A stretch of 64,000 nucleotides of DNA from Macrostomum hystrix. Lineage: Eukaryota > Animalia > Platyhelminthes. The stretch is taken from assembly GCA_950097015.1 (NCBI GenBank), contig CATNEN010000001.1:21824001-21888000 (forward strand), in the 5' to 3' direction. How positions within the stretch are numbered: the first letter of the stretch is position 1; each line of letters opens with the position of its first letter. Of this stretch, positions 40,179-53,200 are shown piece after piece. A model generated the notes under the pieces. The model made no database searches, had not been told where the DNA came from, and was given only the letters and a program-made list of their open reading frames with translations. The position numbers and the translations under genes were made by a program.

Positions 40179-41327
40179 ATGTCCAGTGACAGTTTGTACC
40201 GAGAAGTCTTCAATCAGTTCGACTTGAACGGTGATGGCAACATCAGCGTCAATGAGCTGCGTGTGGCAGTCAGAACTGCCGGAGTCAATATTAGCGACGA
40301 CACTGTACAGGTGAGCATTTGTAGTCACAGAATGTGCTCAGCCGTGAGGCAGTTGCTCAACCAACATTGACAGCTTTACAGAATTAACAAAATACATTTC
40401 CCGGATAAGAATTTAATAAAGAAAATCAGTTTCCGAAGCTAAAATTAAGAATTCTGAGACCAGCCAATTACCATTTACAATTTTAAACATCCTATTTTTG
40501 AAAACAGACTCACTTGTTGAAAAAAAACTGAGGTTTTGAAAGCAAGTTTCATGAATCTATTTAAATTTTATTTTTTGACGTCCTTACATTTTACTTACTA
40601 ATTAATACTTACTTGCGGGAAGTATTAAGTAGGGAAGCCCTTTAGGGCCCTATCGCAGCCCTTAAAAAGTGAATCGCACCTTGGCCCACCTCAGCGTCGG
40701 CGACACTCATCCATCGATATCTCGAAGGCGGATATTATGCGAGATTGTCATCAGGTCAATAAACTGGGGTTTAGTAGCTAAGGTGCTAGATCAAAATCAA
40801 AATCTAATTATCAAAAAACGGGCAGAAGAGGACGCTGCCACAGAGAAGGCAGGTGGTAGAGTACCCTGTTTGAAACCAGACGTCTCATTGGAAGAGTCCA
40901 TAGCCATGGTTAGGACCATGCACATCTCCCTCTCTGCTGTCGGTTCTCTTGAGTTTGAGTCAGTCAGGAATTCAGCTACTCGACTGCACTGACTTCATTA
41001 TAATTTCAACAGGAGATTCTAAAGAGTGCTGACATCAACTCTAGCGGCGGTCTGGACTATAAGGAGTTCGTCTGTTTCGTGAAGCTGGCAGCCGGGTCCG
41101 AGGACGCCATGCCGCCTCGACCGAAGGAGCTGTTTGATGCGGCGGCCGACGGCTTTGATCTAGTCGGGCCAAATGAGCTAGCTGCTCTGACACAGGCTGA
41201 GCACAGTCTGTCAGCCATTGAGGCGGCAGTCCTGTCTGGCATTGCTGACAACCTTCAAGGCCGCAGCGTTGACTTGACTGAGTTTGTCGGACTCTGGCGC
41301 CAAGTAGAGACCAAAATGAACGCGTGA
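40179..41327 (+). CDS. Calmodulin-like EF-hand protein (148 aa), exons 40179-40310 and 41013-41327; possible upstream micro-exon 39570-39581 spliced to 40167
   Basis: EF1 DLNGDGNISVNE, EF2 DINSSGGLDYKE; C-lobe loops degenerate. Confidence 0.85.
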
Positions 41328-41911
41328 TTTCACAACCGTTTTGTTTTGATAGTGCTGCTAACAATGGGTTGTCCATTTAGAGATTTACGAATCCACTAGC
41401 ACGACAGAAAACAAGGATTAATCATTAATAACATTTACCAATTGACTGTCTTTAGTTCGCATTAAAAAACTTTCGTGTTAAAGGATACACACCGTTTTTC
41501 TTCTAGATTTTGACATTAAACATTCGATAAAACATTAGGTAAGGTCATAACGTTAAACCCAGCTGTAGAAAGAACATTATTTTTATAGTTTAGTCTGGAT
41601 GAGTTTTAAATAGTATCAGTAGGCCACATTGCTTTACTCATTCGAATTACCAGTTGATGTAACAATTTACTCCGCGCTTTATTTGTTTCGCTTCGAGCCA
41701 AAGATGCCGCTAAATGACGTTGAAATTTGAAAGAAACATCTACATTAAGTTTGGATATTTGACCGCATGATTCGATCCGAAAGTGAAAATAAAATTTAAC
41801 TGATAAAATAGTCCGACAAAGATATTTTATTATTGAATTTTTGGCTCAATTTTTTATCTCTCGTTCTTAATCCTTTCCAATATTTATCAGAGACAAGTTT
41901 TCGCATTCTGA

Positions 41912-42502
41912 TCAATTCTGCGCGAATTGATCTGCGCGTAGAGACACAAAATACGAGTCAGTAGATATTGCAGATGCACAATCGGTGGTTCTCGTACACT
42001 CGTACCAGAATTTTTTCACAACACTGGAGTTGAAGTATATGGAGTCCACGTGGCTCATCTCCGAGACGCTGGTCACGTCGGCCATGATCACCAGACCGCT
42101 CTCCGACTCGCACTTCTGTCTGCTGGGCCACCAGTATCCGATGCCAGTGTACAGTAAGTACTTCCCTCCGCGCTGCTCCATGCCGTAGCCAGACGGACAC
42201 AGCGCGCCCGCCTCGAGTCCCGGTCGCTGCTTCACAAACACCTGGCCTCTCCTTGAGCAGCCGCAGATCCTCACCGACTTGCTGCACTTGTCGAACACGA
42301 ACAGCTGACACGGACCGTCAGCCATTGTGAAGGCCTGGCATCGCGGGTTGCCACTGCACAGAGCTACACAAGCGATTCTGGCTTTCAAGGTCGAGCGGAT
42401 TTCAACAAACTCGGCGTTGATGAAGAGGCTCGCCTCATTATCGCCTGCGCTAGAATGCCAAAAACACTGGAACACCAGGATCAGGTGCACAGACAGGAGC
42501 AT
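41912..42502 (-). CDS. Secreted protein: signal peptide, PAN/apple-like domain and partial C-type lectin domain
   Basis: MLLSVHLILVFQCFWHSSAG signal; CVALCSGNPRCQAF....PCQL (PAN-like); CPSGY....KY....WW.S.QKCES (N-terminal half of a CTLD). Confidence 0.6.
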   Translation of the reverse strand: MLLSVHLILVFQCFWHSSAGDNEASLFINAEFVEIRSTLKARIACVALCSGNPRCQAFTMADGPCQLFVFDKCSKSVRICGCSRRGQVFVKQRPGLEAGALCPSGYGMEQRGGKYLLYTGIGYWWPSRQKCESESGLVIMADVTSVSEMSHVDSIYFNSSVVKKFWYECTRTTDCASAISTDSYFVSLRADQFAQN

Positions 42503-42809
42503 CTGGGACTCCTCTCCAGTCTACGATCGTTTGCTTCTGACTCTGCTATTGTGCTTTTTAGCATGTTTTTTTTCTCTTTGGCTGGAAAAATTTGACCTAC
42601 TTATGCGACCCCAACTAGCTACTTCAAGCATGACAGGTGGGAAAGTTTTAAAAATCTCTTGCAAGTGGCCTGAAAATTTCCGTCACTGTTGACAATGACA
42701 GGCCAACTGTGGCAGTGTTTTTCTTTCCCTCTTTTTTAGTTGCAACATTTTTTCCTTTGAGCAATGAGTACAGGCTTTCTTGAACACGGGAAATTTTTCA
42801 ACTCCGGCC

Positions 42810-43410
42810 GATCGATGGAGCAACCCTCCCCCTCCCGTTAATCGATGGACAGCAACCCTGCCCCTTTCCGCCAATCGATGGACAGCAATCCTTCCCACCA
42901 ATCGATGGACAGCAATCCTTCCCACCAATCGATGGACAGCAACCCTTCCCGCCAATCGATGGACAGTAACCCTTCCCGCCAATCGATGGACTGCAACCCT
43001 TCCCGCCAATCGATGAACAGCAACCCTTCCCGCCAATCGATGAACAGCAACCCTTCCCGCCAATCGATGAACAGCAACCCTTCCCGCCAATCGATGGACA
43101 GTAACCCTTCCCGCCAATCGATGGACAGCAACCCTTCCCGCCAATCGATGGACAGCAACCCTTCCCGCCAATCGATGGACAGCAACCCTTCCCGCCAATC
43201 GATGGACAGCAACCCTTCCCGCCAATCGATGGACAGCAACCCTCCTCCTTCCCGCCAATCGATGGACAGCAACCCTCCCCCTTCCCGCCAATCGATGAAC
43301 AGCAACCCTCCTCCTTCCCGCCAATCGATGGACAGCAACCCTCCTCCTTCCCGCCAATCGATGGACAGCAACCCTCCCCCATCCCGCCAATCGATGGACA
43401 GCAACTCCAG
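42810..43410. repeat. 27/33-bp minisatellite (GCCAATCGATGGACAGCAACCCTTCCC)n
   Basis: About 20 units. Confidence 0.95.
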
Positions 43411-43672
43411 ATTCTCCCCTGATATTCGATTGTAGAGATACAGTTTATACACAAAGCTAAACGACACAATGTACTGGTTAGTCATTTTAATGCTTGACCT
43501 TTATTTGAGCGGGTTATCTTTTAATTCTGTTGACAGGTATGACAGCGACAAATTTCACAGAGGCACTTTAGCAGCGCAATTTTTTAAGTTTCCTTTGTCG
43601 AAATTAACCTTTTTGTCTAAGCATCTAAAGAAATAACAAAACGTTTTTTGGTTAAACATTTGAGCTGCTCAG

Positions 43673-43720
43673 AAGAGAGAGAGATAGAGAGAGAGAGTGT
43701 GTGTGTGTGTGTGTGTGTGT
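43673..43720. repeat. (GA)n(GT)n compound microsatellite
   Basis: Directly visible. Confidence 0.9.
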
Positions 43721-44049
43721 TAAAAGGGCTCGGCTATGGAATGAGTATAGTTTAGTTGTTTCTATTCAGCCAGCTCTATTTGCCTCAAAATAGATTTTGA
43801 GCAAACAAATTCTTCGTGCCGAGAGTGTATAAATAAAAGCGCAAAGGAAGGAAAATTTCAAAGCAAAATAATGGCTGTTGTTCTGCCGAGGTCAAGATGC
43901 TGCCCGCATGCTTATACTTTTTTGTTTTTTCATTGAGAAAAAAAACTTTATTTTGCTAATAATATTCGCATGCGCTGCAATTCACACAGGCTGCTATAGT
44001 TAGAGATTTCAGCTTCGAAATAGAGGCCGCATGAGCAACAACACAATAA

Positions 44050-44767
44050 TATATAATAATAATTGCTGGGCTACGTGCGCGGCAATGGCACACTGGACCC
44101 GCAGCCGGCGAGGAGGCAATTCTGCACATTTCGCTGACTCCTGAGTACACATATTAAACTAGTGAGTCGAAGCCAGGCGGTTGGCCCGGCGGGCGCAAGT
44201 TCGAACCTGGCCCTTAAGAATCGAGCATTATCAATGTACTAACTCAAATTTTATTTAATGAGCAAGACGAAGGCAGATTAAAAGAGAAACACTATTCGTT
44301 GTGAATTAAAAGCAGAGACATTGAGGCAAAAAAATCAATAAGCCTCTCGGAGAGACGCCGCCGGTGCACAGCGCGACACACTAAATAGGGCTGTGCAAGG
44401 CCGACCCCAAGAGGGGGGGTGGGCGGCCTCGCGACCAGGCAACGTACATGCACCCCCCGCACCAATGTACAAGCCCCAACCCCCCGGTTTAACCTCCAAC
44501 CAAGCTTCGCTCGGTCGGACCACACAGATACCGTACGCAGCCACTCGCTCATACAGGTGTGTACATCTGCCATGACTTTGCCATCGTCAGGCAGTGTACA
44601 CTCTCCCTGTGCCTTGGAGGTTGGCCCGCAAGGGCGAGAATTGCACGATAAGCCTCCAAGCCTTCTCCGTGGCTGCGCCCCAAATGAATGTGGCCTCGCC
44701 GCGGAATCGAGCTCAGGGACCTTGGTGCGAGAGGCAAACGCGTTAACCGCTCTGCCATCGACCCCCC
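44050..44767 (-). mobile_element. SINE family A split into 44050-44150 (3' part) and 44520-44767 (5' part) by an insertion
   Basis: The two pieces are contiguous in the family consensus (..GACTCCTGAG.CACAC | CACACAGATACCGTAC..). Confidence 0.75.
44159..44519 (-). mobile_element. Non-autonomous Helitron-like element
   Basis: Minus strand begins TC within hairpin TCCGACCGAGC-GAA-GCTTGGTTGGA and ends with hairpin GCCGGGC-CAACC-GCCTGGC, a 9-nt spacer and CTAG followed by T. Confidence 0.55.
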
Positions 44768-44814
44768 ATAGATAAAGTCGGGTTAGTTGGTCGTGATAGC
44801 AACGTGACACCTAT

Positions 44815-45048
44815 CCTAGTTAAGCCAGATGCCCACGGCTACTCCAAAAATTGTGTACAATACGTTGTTCAGTCTGTGGACTGTGGATGTCACCGAACCC
44901 ACCAAAATTTCTACCCCAGCAAACGCTGGCACCAACTGAACAGCTGGATGTAGCGAAACCTTATAAAATTGTCTTGCTCGAGGACAGATTCGAACCCCGA
45001 ACGTCAGAATACGTAAAAAAATCCGAAGCTTGAACCACATTACTACAC
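44815..45048 (-). mobile_element. Degenerate SINE family B copy
   Basis: GCTGGCACC..AACAGCTGG..GTCTTGCT..TTCGAACCCCG segments match 7965-8238. Confidence 0.55.
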
Positions 45049-45426
45049 TTTGTTATAGTACCTTATCTACCTATCGTTGTGCCCTTTTACAATTCAAGTT
45101 TCACATTGCTTTCTTTGATACAAAATACAAGTATGAAGCGCAAATCTCCTACAAAAGATGGTCTCATTTCGAGTCTGTCGGTTTAGGGTAAACAATTCCA
45201 GTAGAGCTGAGGTTGGGCGCACTTTCTTCACTCTCCGAGACGAATCTGAGCTCAGCGGAAATTCGGAATGGGAAAGACGCGTAGAAAGAGAGAAGAAAGG
45301 AGTTTGAGAGAAAAGAGACAGAATAAATTAAATTGCAGCGCCGCAGGCGCAGTGGACCGACGAGAGAAACTCGAGCGACCGTGCTCTTCTAAATTCATCT
45401 AAACTGCAGAATCCGGAGAATCGGAC

Positions 45427-47094
45427 ATGTCTGGCCCTGACTCGGCTCAGCTTGCGCAGTACCGCGAAGCATTCAACACATTCGACAAGAACCGCGACGG
45501 TCGAATCAGCGCCAAGGAGCTGGCCGCGGTGATGGAGAATCTGGGCGAGAAGCCCAGCAAGAAGGAGCTTAAAGTGAGGTCTTGGGATTCTGATTCGACG
45601 GTTGGAGTTGTGCTCATGTGACTCACAGAGTTGTGCTCATGTGACTCACAGAGTCGTGCTCATTTGACTCACAGAGTTGTGCTCATGTGACTCACAGAGT
45701 CGTGCTCATTTGACTCACAGAGTTGTGCTCATGTGACTCACAGAGTTGTGCTCATTTGACTCACGGAGTTGTGCTCATGTGACTCACAGAGTTGTGCTCA
45801 TGTGACTCACAGAGTCGTGCTCATTTGACTCACAGAGTTGTGCTCATGTGACTCACAGAGTCGTGCTCATTTGACTCACAGAGTTGTGCTAATGTGACTC
45901 ACAGAGTCGTGCTCATGTGACTCACAGAGTCGTGCTCATTTGACTCACAGAGTCGTGCTCATTTGACTCACAGAGTTGTGCTAATGTGACTCACAGAGTC
46001 GTGCTCATGTGACTCACAGAGTCGTGCTCATTTGACTCACAGAGTCGTGCTCATTTGACTCACAGAGTTGTGCTAATGTGACTCACAGAGTTGTGCTCAT
46101 GTGACTCACAGAGTCGTGCTCATGTGACTCACAGAGTCGTGCTCATGTGACTCACAGAGTCGTGCTAATGTGACTCACAGAGTTGTGCTAATGTGACTCA
46201 CAGAGTCGTGCTCATTTGACTCACAGAGTCGTGCTCATGTGACTCACAGAGTCGTGCTCATTTTACTCACAGAGTTGTGCTAATGTGACTCACAGAGTCG
46301 TGCTCATTTGACTCACAGAGTTGTGCTAATGTGACTCACAGAGTCGTGCTCATGTGACTCACAGAGTCGTGCTCATTTGACTCACAGAGTCGTGCTCATT
46401 TGACTCACAGAGTTGTGCTAATGTGACTCACAGAGTTGTGCTCATGTGACTCACAGAGTCGTGCTCATGTGACTCACAGAGTCGTGCTCATGTGACTCAC
46501 AGAGTCGTGCTCATTTTACTCACAGAGTTGTGCTCATGTGACTCACAGAGTTGTGTACATGTTTTTGACAGAGTTGTGCTCATGTTACAGATAAATTTGT
46601 TCTCATGTGACAGATGAAGTTGTGCTCATGTGATAGTTAGAGTTGCGCTAATATGACAGTTTGCCTAAGTGCTCATAGATATTTTATCTGAATGCACGAC
46701 TGTGTTGCACACTTTTTAAAAAAATTCAAATTGACCCCTTTTGAGAGGCCCGCAAGTACATGACGAATTCCAATATTTCAATATCCAGGATATGATAAAG
46801 TCCGTAGATGGCGATGGCAGTGGCAAAATAGATTTCAGTGAGTTCGTCCGGATGATGGAGGCCCGCACAGCGCAGCGAATGAGCGACCCGGAGCTCACGA
46901 AAATGTTCTTAGCCTTCGACAAGAACGGAGACGGCATCATCACCCTGGACGAGTTGCGCGTTGCCATGGAGAACATGGGCGAGGACGTCACCGAGTCAGA
47001 GCTGCGCAAGATGATTCGCCAAGCTGACAGCAACAAAGACGGGTCCATTGATTTCTCAGAATTTAAGAGGCTGCTTCAGTCGCTTGGCATGTAA
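45427..47094 (+). CDS. Calmodulin-like protein with four EF-hands (150 aa), exons 45427-45573 and 46789-47094
   Basis: DKNRDGRISAKE, DGDGSGKIDFSE, DKNGDGIITLDE, DSNKDGSIDFSE; too diverged to be canonical calmodulin. Confidence 0.92.
45606..46560. repeat. 23-bp minisatellite (GTTGTGCTCATGTGACTCACAGA)n
   Basis: About 41 units filling the calmodulin-like intron. Confidence 0.95.
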
Positions 47095-50000
47095 CATTGT
47101 GGATTTCTAACTCTGTCTTAAGGTAAAGCGTTTATGATGACTCTCCCGTAGTAACTGTTCAAATGAAATAGAATAAGCTCAAATGAGACCGGAAATTAAA
47201 CAAGTCAAAGATCAACGAGGTCTTAAATATTATAATTGTTAATTAGCATCTTAAAACCCTGAAGTTTAAGTTTAAGACGAATCGAAACCCAAACCTACAT
47301 GGATCCTTATATCGCCGGCCACGCTAATCAATTGACAGAAAATTAACTACATGCATGTACTCGTTTATTATTTATTGTGCTTACTTCATGTACTGTACTA
47401 AAGTACTAAAGTATAATATATGGCTATATGTATATGTAATTTTCATTATTTAAAAGTTCGTATCATTACATATGTCTCTTTAACATTTTTACGGCGCCGA
47501 TTATAATTTAACCATAGTTTATACTTGTATTCTTGCATTTTATTCAATGAATCCCTGAGACTTTAACGGCCGGTTTGTATTATCTGCGCCAACTGCGCCG
47601 TTAGTCACTGCATATCGTCAGCTGGGTAAATGCAAAAATATACGCAGCCAGAACCATTTTGATTTACAGCGACAAAATGGGACGACTATGGAACTACTAA
47701 CTATTTGATTGCTTGATTGCTTTGATGGAAATAGGGACACTGTGCGAGGTGTTCACAGGGAGTAGGTTCAGCAAGAATTGAAATTATGCATATGGGATTC
47801 TTAGGGATATGCAGCTAAGATTGAGGGCTTAACCCAAGGTTGAGAATGTCCAAATAGAGACAGCCTAGGTTCTTACTAGGATTCGATCGATATTTCTCAT
47901 GCCTCAACCACACAAAGACGTTACAATATTCGGCGACCATGGTTCAGACGGTCGTTCGACGCTGAGTCTTTAGGTTCCGTAGGGTTTGACGACGGAAACG
48001 AAACGCCAAGGGAGAATAAAGGTACGAAGGGTGACGAAGAGTCCCAAACGAAGAAGACTGAAATGAAAGACTGGTTCTAATGGCGTGTTCTTGACGAGGT
48101 AGCTGAGGTCTTGCCCGAAATGCCGCCGTACCACCTCCTTCTTATAGAGCCAAACTCAGGCACACACGCCGTGATCAGCCCGACCTTGACAGACAACCGT
48201 ATCACGTGCTCCGCCAGCCGGATGGTGATTTGTAGGGAAGGGAACGGGGTGGGCGCATAGAATGATTTATGGTCTAAAAAATGCAATTACAGTTAACTAT
48301 TCAGGAAGATTGATGACTAAAATGCAGACAGGTAGATGACAAGCGCAAAAATCGGAGTTTGATTTATTACTATAACATACATAGAGGGACGTGAGGGAGG
48401 CGGGTGCGCATTGACAGGTGAGGATGATTATTGACGGAGAACAATGGAAAGAAGGGAGGTGGATGAACGCTGAAAAAACGCAAAGTCATATTAGTAGGGG
48501 ACTAAACAATCCGGGAAAGGAAGGGATGGGTGAAACTGATAGATGGAGAAAACTCATAATAAATTTATAGTGCACAATGGAGGGGGTGGGTGAATTTGAC
48601 AGGTGAAAACCCCCCAAAATGAAAGTGATTTACGACCAGGGGAGGGGTTGGTGTTCATCACAGAAAAAAGGGCGAGTCATCAGGAATTGGGGAAATCGTG
48701 GGTAAATGAATGAGATAATTAATTGACTTGGCTAAAAAAGATTAATACCCCTTAAACCGTCGCTGTTGCCACAATTCATTTGACACAATATCAAAGTGAA
48801 TAATCAAATTCAATTTAATTTTAAACGCCTAGATCATATCCTCTCTCACGAAATTCATATGTTTTAAAAGAAACAAAACAATAAAAGTGAAATACCTTGC
48901 CAAGTAAAAGAATATGTATAAAATGCATTCTCGAAATTTAAATTTGTATATCTTTTGTAAAGAGAATATTTTATAAATATAAAGAAATCACACTAATACA
49001 CTAATTGTTTCTAATTGTAGAATCCCTGGGCCTCATTTATAAATGCTGCATTTATAACGCGCCACATTAAAAAAGTTAACGTTTGCTATTGGACTAAAGC
49101 ACGCAAATAACACACTATTACCATACATGTTAAAACATTTAGCTAGTGTAGCGCTCAGATTTAAGTGAATAAAAAACGAGTTTGCATTAATAGCAGCCAT
49201 GTAGTCTTTTAGTTAATTTTAATTTTAATTTATTGATTTTTAACGTTTGGTTGTACAAATTAGTAAAAAGAGACAAATAAAAACAAATAATAAATTAATT
49301 GTCTAGACTTATTGGTTTTAAAGGGAAATACATGTAAAAAATTAACTCACATCAATATTTTACAAGTCCATTTTGGTGATAAACATTTATGATTATTTTA
49401 AATAGTTACATCTTAAAAACACAGTTTTAATTCATGATCCTTTAGAAGTAGGCCTAAGAAAATATGTAGTATTACTGTAATAATTTAACCCTAAAATAAC
49501 ATTATAAATCAAGTACAGGTAATGTAGCAGCTGTAGCTCACTTTATGAAGAGTAAATAAAAAATGTAGGCCTAATAATCAAAATACTATAGTAAGTTTTT
49601 AATGCCAATGCATTTTTCATTTCATCCACCTCAAATTTGATATTTCTTTAAATTAGCTGAATAAACCTGGCCTGCATCACTTGTCTGCCTACGACAGTTT
49701 GGTCTTACTGGCTAAATTCACGCAGCATTAAGCCTTCTTAAGTATCTGGACTGCCCTTTCCATGTTGGCAATCTAGCATGTCTGTGGTGCATTGCTGATT
49801 GTTAGTGGAATTCTGTGAAAGCTCAATTGTGGCTAGCACTCTTGGTTGCTATAGCCAGTGTTGGCTCAGTAGTACATTGCAGTGACAGTACAGTTGCCAT
49901 TTTAGTGCTGGCATTTTTGTCCTGAGGGGCTACCTCATAAAGTTCACCATGGGCAACAGGAATAGAAACTTGGTTAGTGGCACAGTCTGGTCTGTTGTTG

Positions 50001-50236
50001 CAGGTGCAGTATTGTGCATTGCGCACTAGGCCTATAGCTAATAACAGTTTTCAATATCTATTGTTTCAATTTACAAACTGATTAAATAGGCCTCGTTCAA
50101 TTTTAAATTTATTTATATAATCACTCTGAGTAGAAATAAACAATCATGTCTTTCCAGCCAAAATAAAGTAGCTTAAAAGAGCACATAGAGCTCTTTGATT
50201 GGAATAAGTGAGCTACCATTCAGCTGACCAGACATC

Positions 50237-53200
50237 ATGCAGGAGTCTGGTAAGTGAGCTACACATCTCCCATAGTTTGCTGAAGGCTCACTAATTTGAG
50301 CATGGTCATTCAAATAATTTTTTTAAACATTGGATAAAATTTATATATTTTTTTTCACCCCTGCCTGTTTAGGAAGCAGCGCTTCTTTAGCTGACATGGA
50401 CAATGGATCGCTCCATGCTGCCGCTTCTGATGCTTCATCAACCTCATGTGGCTATGTTGTCAAGGGCAACATCTATCAGGGCGCCCCGGCAAATCACTGG
50501 CGGTCTTCATCACTGCAACAATTGCATTTGCAGCAGCAGCAGTTGCAACAGTTGCAGTTGCAGGCCAGACGGCAGAGTGAAGCACTTGAAAGTGTGACTG
50601 ACTGCTCATTTGCTAATGAACCTGCCCCAAGCTCCGCCACCCTGCCAGTGTCTGCGAGGGTCAAGCAGCTGCAGGTCTGCGTCCCGATTGCTGCTGTTTT
50701 AATTGAGCCTAATTAACCCATCCCCAATCCCCATCCACCCCATACTCAGGACACTCTTGCCTAGTTTACCGATCCCAACCTCCCCATACTCAGGACACTC
50801 TTGCCTAGTTTACCGATCCCAACCTCCCCATACTCAGGACACTCTTGCCTAGTTTACCGATCCCAACCTCCCCATACTCAGGACAGTATTGCCTAGCTTA
50901 CCGATCCCAACCTCCCCATACTCAGGACACTCTTGCCTAGTTTACCGATCCCAACCTCCCCATACTCAGGACACTCTTGCCTAGCTTACCGATCCCAACC
51001 TCCCCATACTCAGGACACTCTTGCCTAGTTTACCGATCCCAACCTCCCCATACTCAGGACACTCTTGCCTAGCTTACCGATCCCAACCTCCCCATACTCA
51101 GGACACTCTTGCCTAGTTTACCGATCCCAACCTCCCCATACTCAGGACACTCTTGCCTAGTTTACCGATCCCAACCTCCCCATACTCAGGACACTCTTGC
51201 CTAGTTTACCGATCCCAACCTCCCCATACTCAGGACACTCTTGCCTAGTTTACCGATCCCAACCTCCCCATACTCAGGACACTCTTGCCTAGTTTACCGA
51301 TCCCAACCTCCCCATACTCAGGACACTCTTGCCTAGTTTACCGATCCCAACCTCCCCATACTCAGGACACTCTTGCCTAGTTTACCGATCCCAACCTCCC
51401 CATACTCAGGACACTCTTGCCTAGTTTACCGATCCCAACCTCCCCATACTCAGGACACTCTTGCCTAGTTTACCGATCCCAACCTCCCCATACTCAGGAC
51501 ACTCTTGCCTAGCTTACCGATCCCAACCTCCCCATACTCAGGACACTCTTGCCTAGTTTACCGATCCCAACCTCCCCATACTCAGGACACTCTTGCCTAG
51601 TTTACCGATCCCAACCTCCCCATACTCAGGACACTCTTGCCTAGTTTACCGATCCCAACCTCCCCATACTCAGGACACTCTTGCCTAGTTTACCGATCCC
51701 AACCTCCCCATACTCAGGACACTCTTGCCTAGTTTACCGATCCCAACCTCCCCATACTCAGGACACTCTTGCCTAGTTTACCGATCCCAACCTCCCCATA
51801 CTCAGGACACTCTTGCCTAGTTTACCGATCCCAACCTCCCCATACTCAGGACACTCTTGCCTAGTTTACCGATCCCAACCTCCCCAAACTCAGGACACTC
51901 TTGCCTAGTTTACCGATCCCAACCTCCCCATACTCAGGACACTCTTGCCTAGTTTACCGATCCCAACCTCCCCAAACTCAGGACACTCTTGCCTAGTTTA
52001 CCGATCCCAACCTCCCCAAACTCAGGACACTCTTGCCTAGTTTACCGATCCCAACCTCCCCATACTCAGGACACTCTTGCCTAGTTTACCGATCCCAACC
52101 TCCCCATACTCAGGACAGTATTGCCTAGTTTACCGATCCCAACCTCCCCATACTCAGGACACTCTTGTCTAGTTTACCGATCCCAACCTCCCCATACTCA
52201 GGACACTCTTGCCTAGTTTACCGATCCCAACCTCCCCATACTCAGGACACTCTTGCCTAGTTTACCGATCCCAACCTCCCCATACTCAGGACACTCTTGC
52301 CTAGTTTACCGATCCCAACCTCCCCATACTCAGGACACTCTTGCCTAGTTTACCGATCCCAACCTCCCCATACTCAGGACACTCTTGCCTAGTTTACCGA
52401 TCCCAACCTCCCCATACTCAGGACAGTATTGCCTAGCTTACCGATCCCAACCTCCCCATACTCAGGACACTCTTGCCTAGTTTACCGATCCCAACCTCCC
52501 CATACTCAGGACACTCTTGCCTAGCTTACCGATCCCAACCTCCCCATACTCAGGACACTCTTGCCTAGTTTACCGATCCCAACCTCCCCATACTCAGGAC
52601 ACTCTTGCCTAGCTTACCGATCCCAACCTCCCCATACTCAGGACACTCTTGCCTAGTTTACCGATCCCAACCTCCCCATACTCAGGACACTCTTGCCTAG
52701 TTTACCGATCCCAACCTCCCCATACTCAGGACACTCTTGCCTAGTTTACCGATCCCAACCTCCCCATACTCAGGACACTCTTGCCTAGTTTACCGATCCC
52801 AACCTCCCCATACTCAGGACACTCTTGCCTAGTTTACCGATCCCAACCTCCCCATACTCAGGACACTCTTGCCTAGTTTACCGATCCCAACCTCCCCATA
52901 CTCAGGACACTCTTGCCTAGTTTACCGATCCCAACCTCCCCATACTCAGGACACTCTTGCCTAGTTTACCGATCCCAACCACCCCATACTCAGGACACTC
53001 TTGCCTAGTTTACCGATCCCAACCTCCCTAAACTCAGGACACTCTTGCCTAGTTTACCGATCCCAACCTCCCCATACTCAGGACACTCTTGCCTAGTTTA
53101 CCGATCCCAACCTCCCCATACTCAGGACACTCTTGCCTAGTTTACCGATCCCAACCTCCCCATACTCAGGACACTCTTGCCTAGTTTACCGATCCCAACC

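Noticed and set aside
42683-43485. Repetitive ORFs (GRVAVHRLA, GGKGCCPSI and similar)
   Set aside because: Products of a 27-bp satellite open in several frames.
47560-48770. Possible LTR or other mobile element (GTTACA followed by CGGCGACCA near 47920, purine-rich tract)
   Set aside because: No clear termini, TSD or coding remnant.
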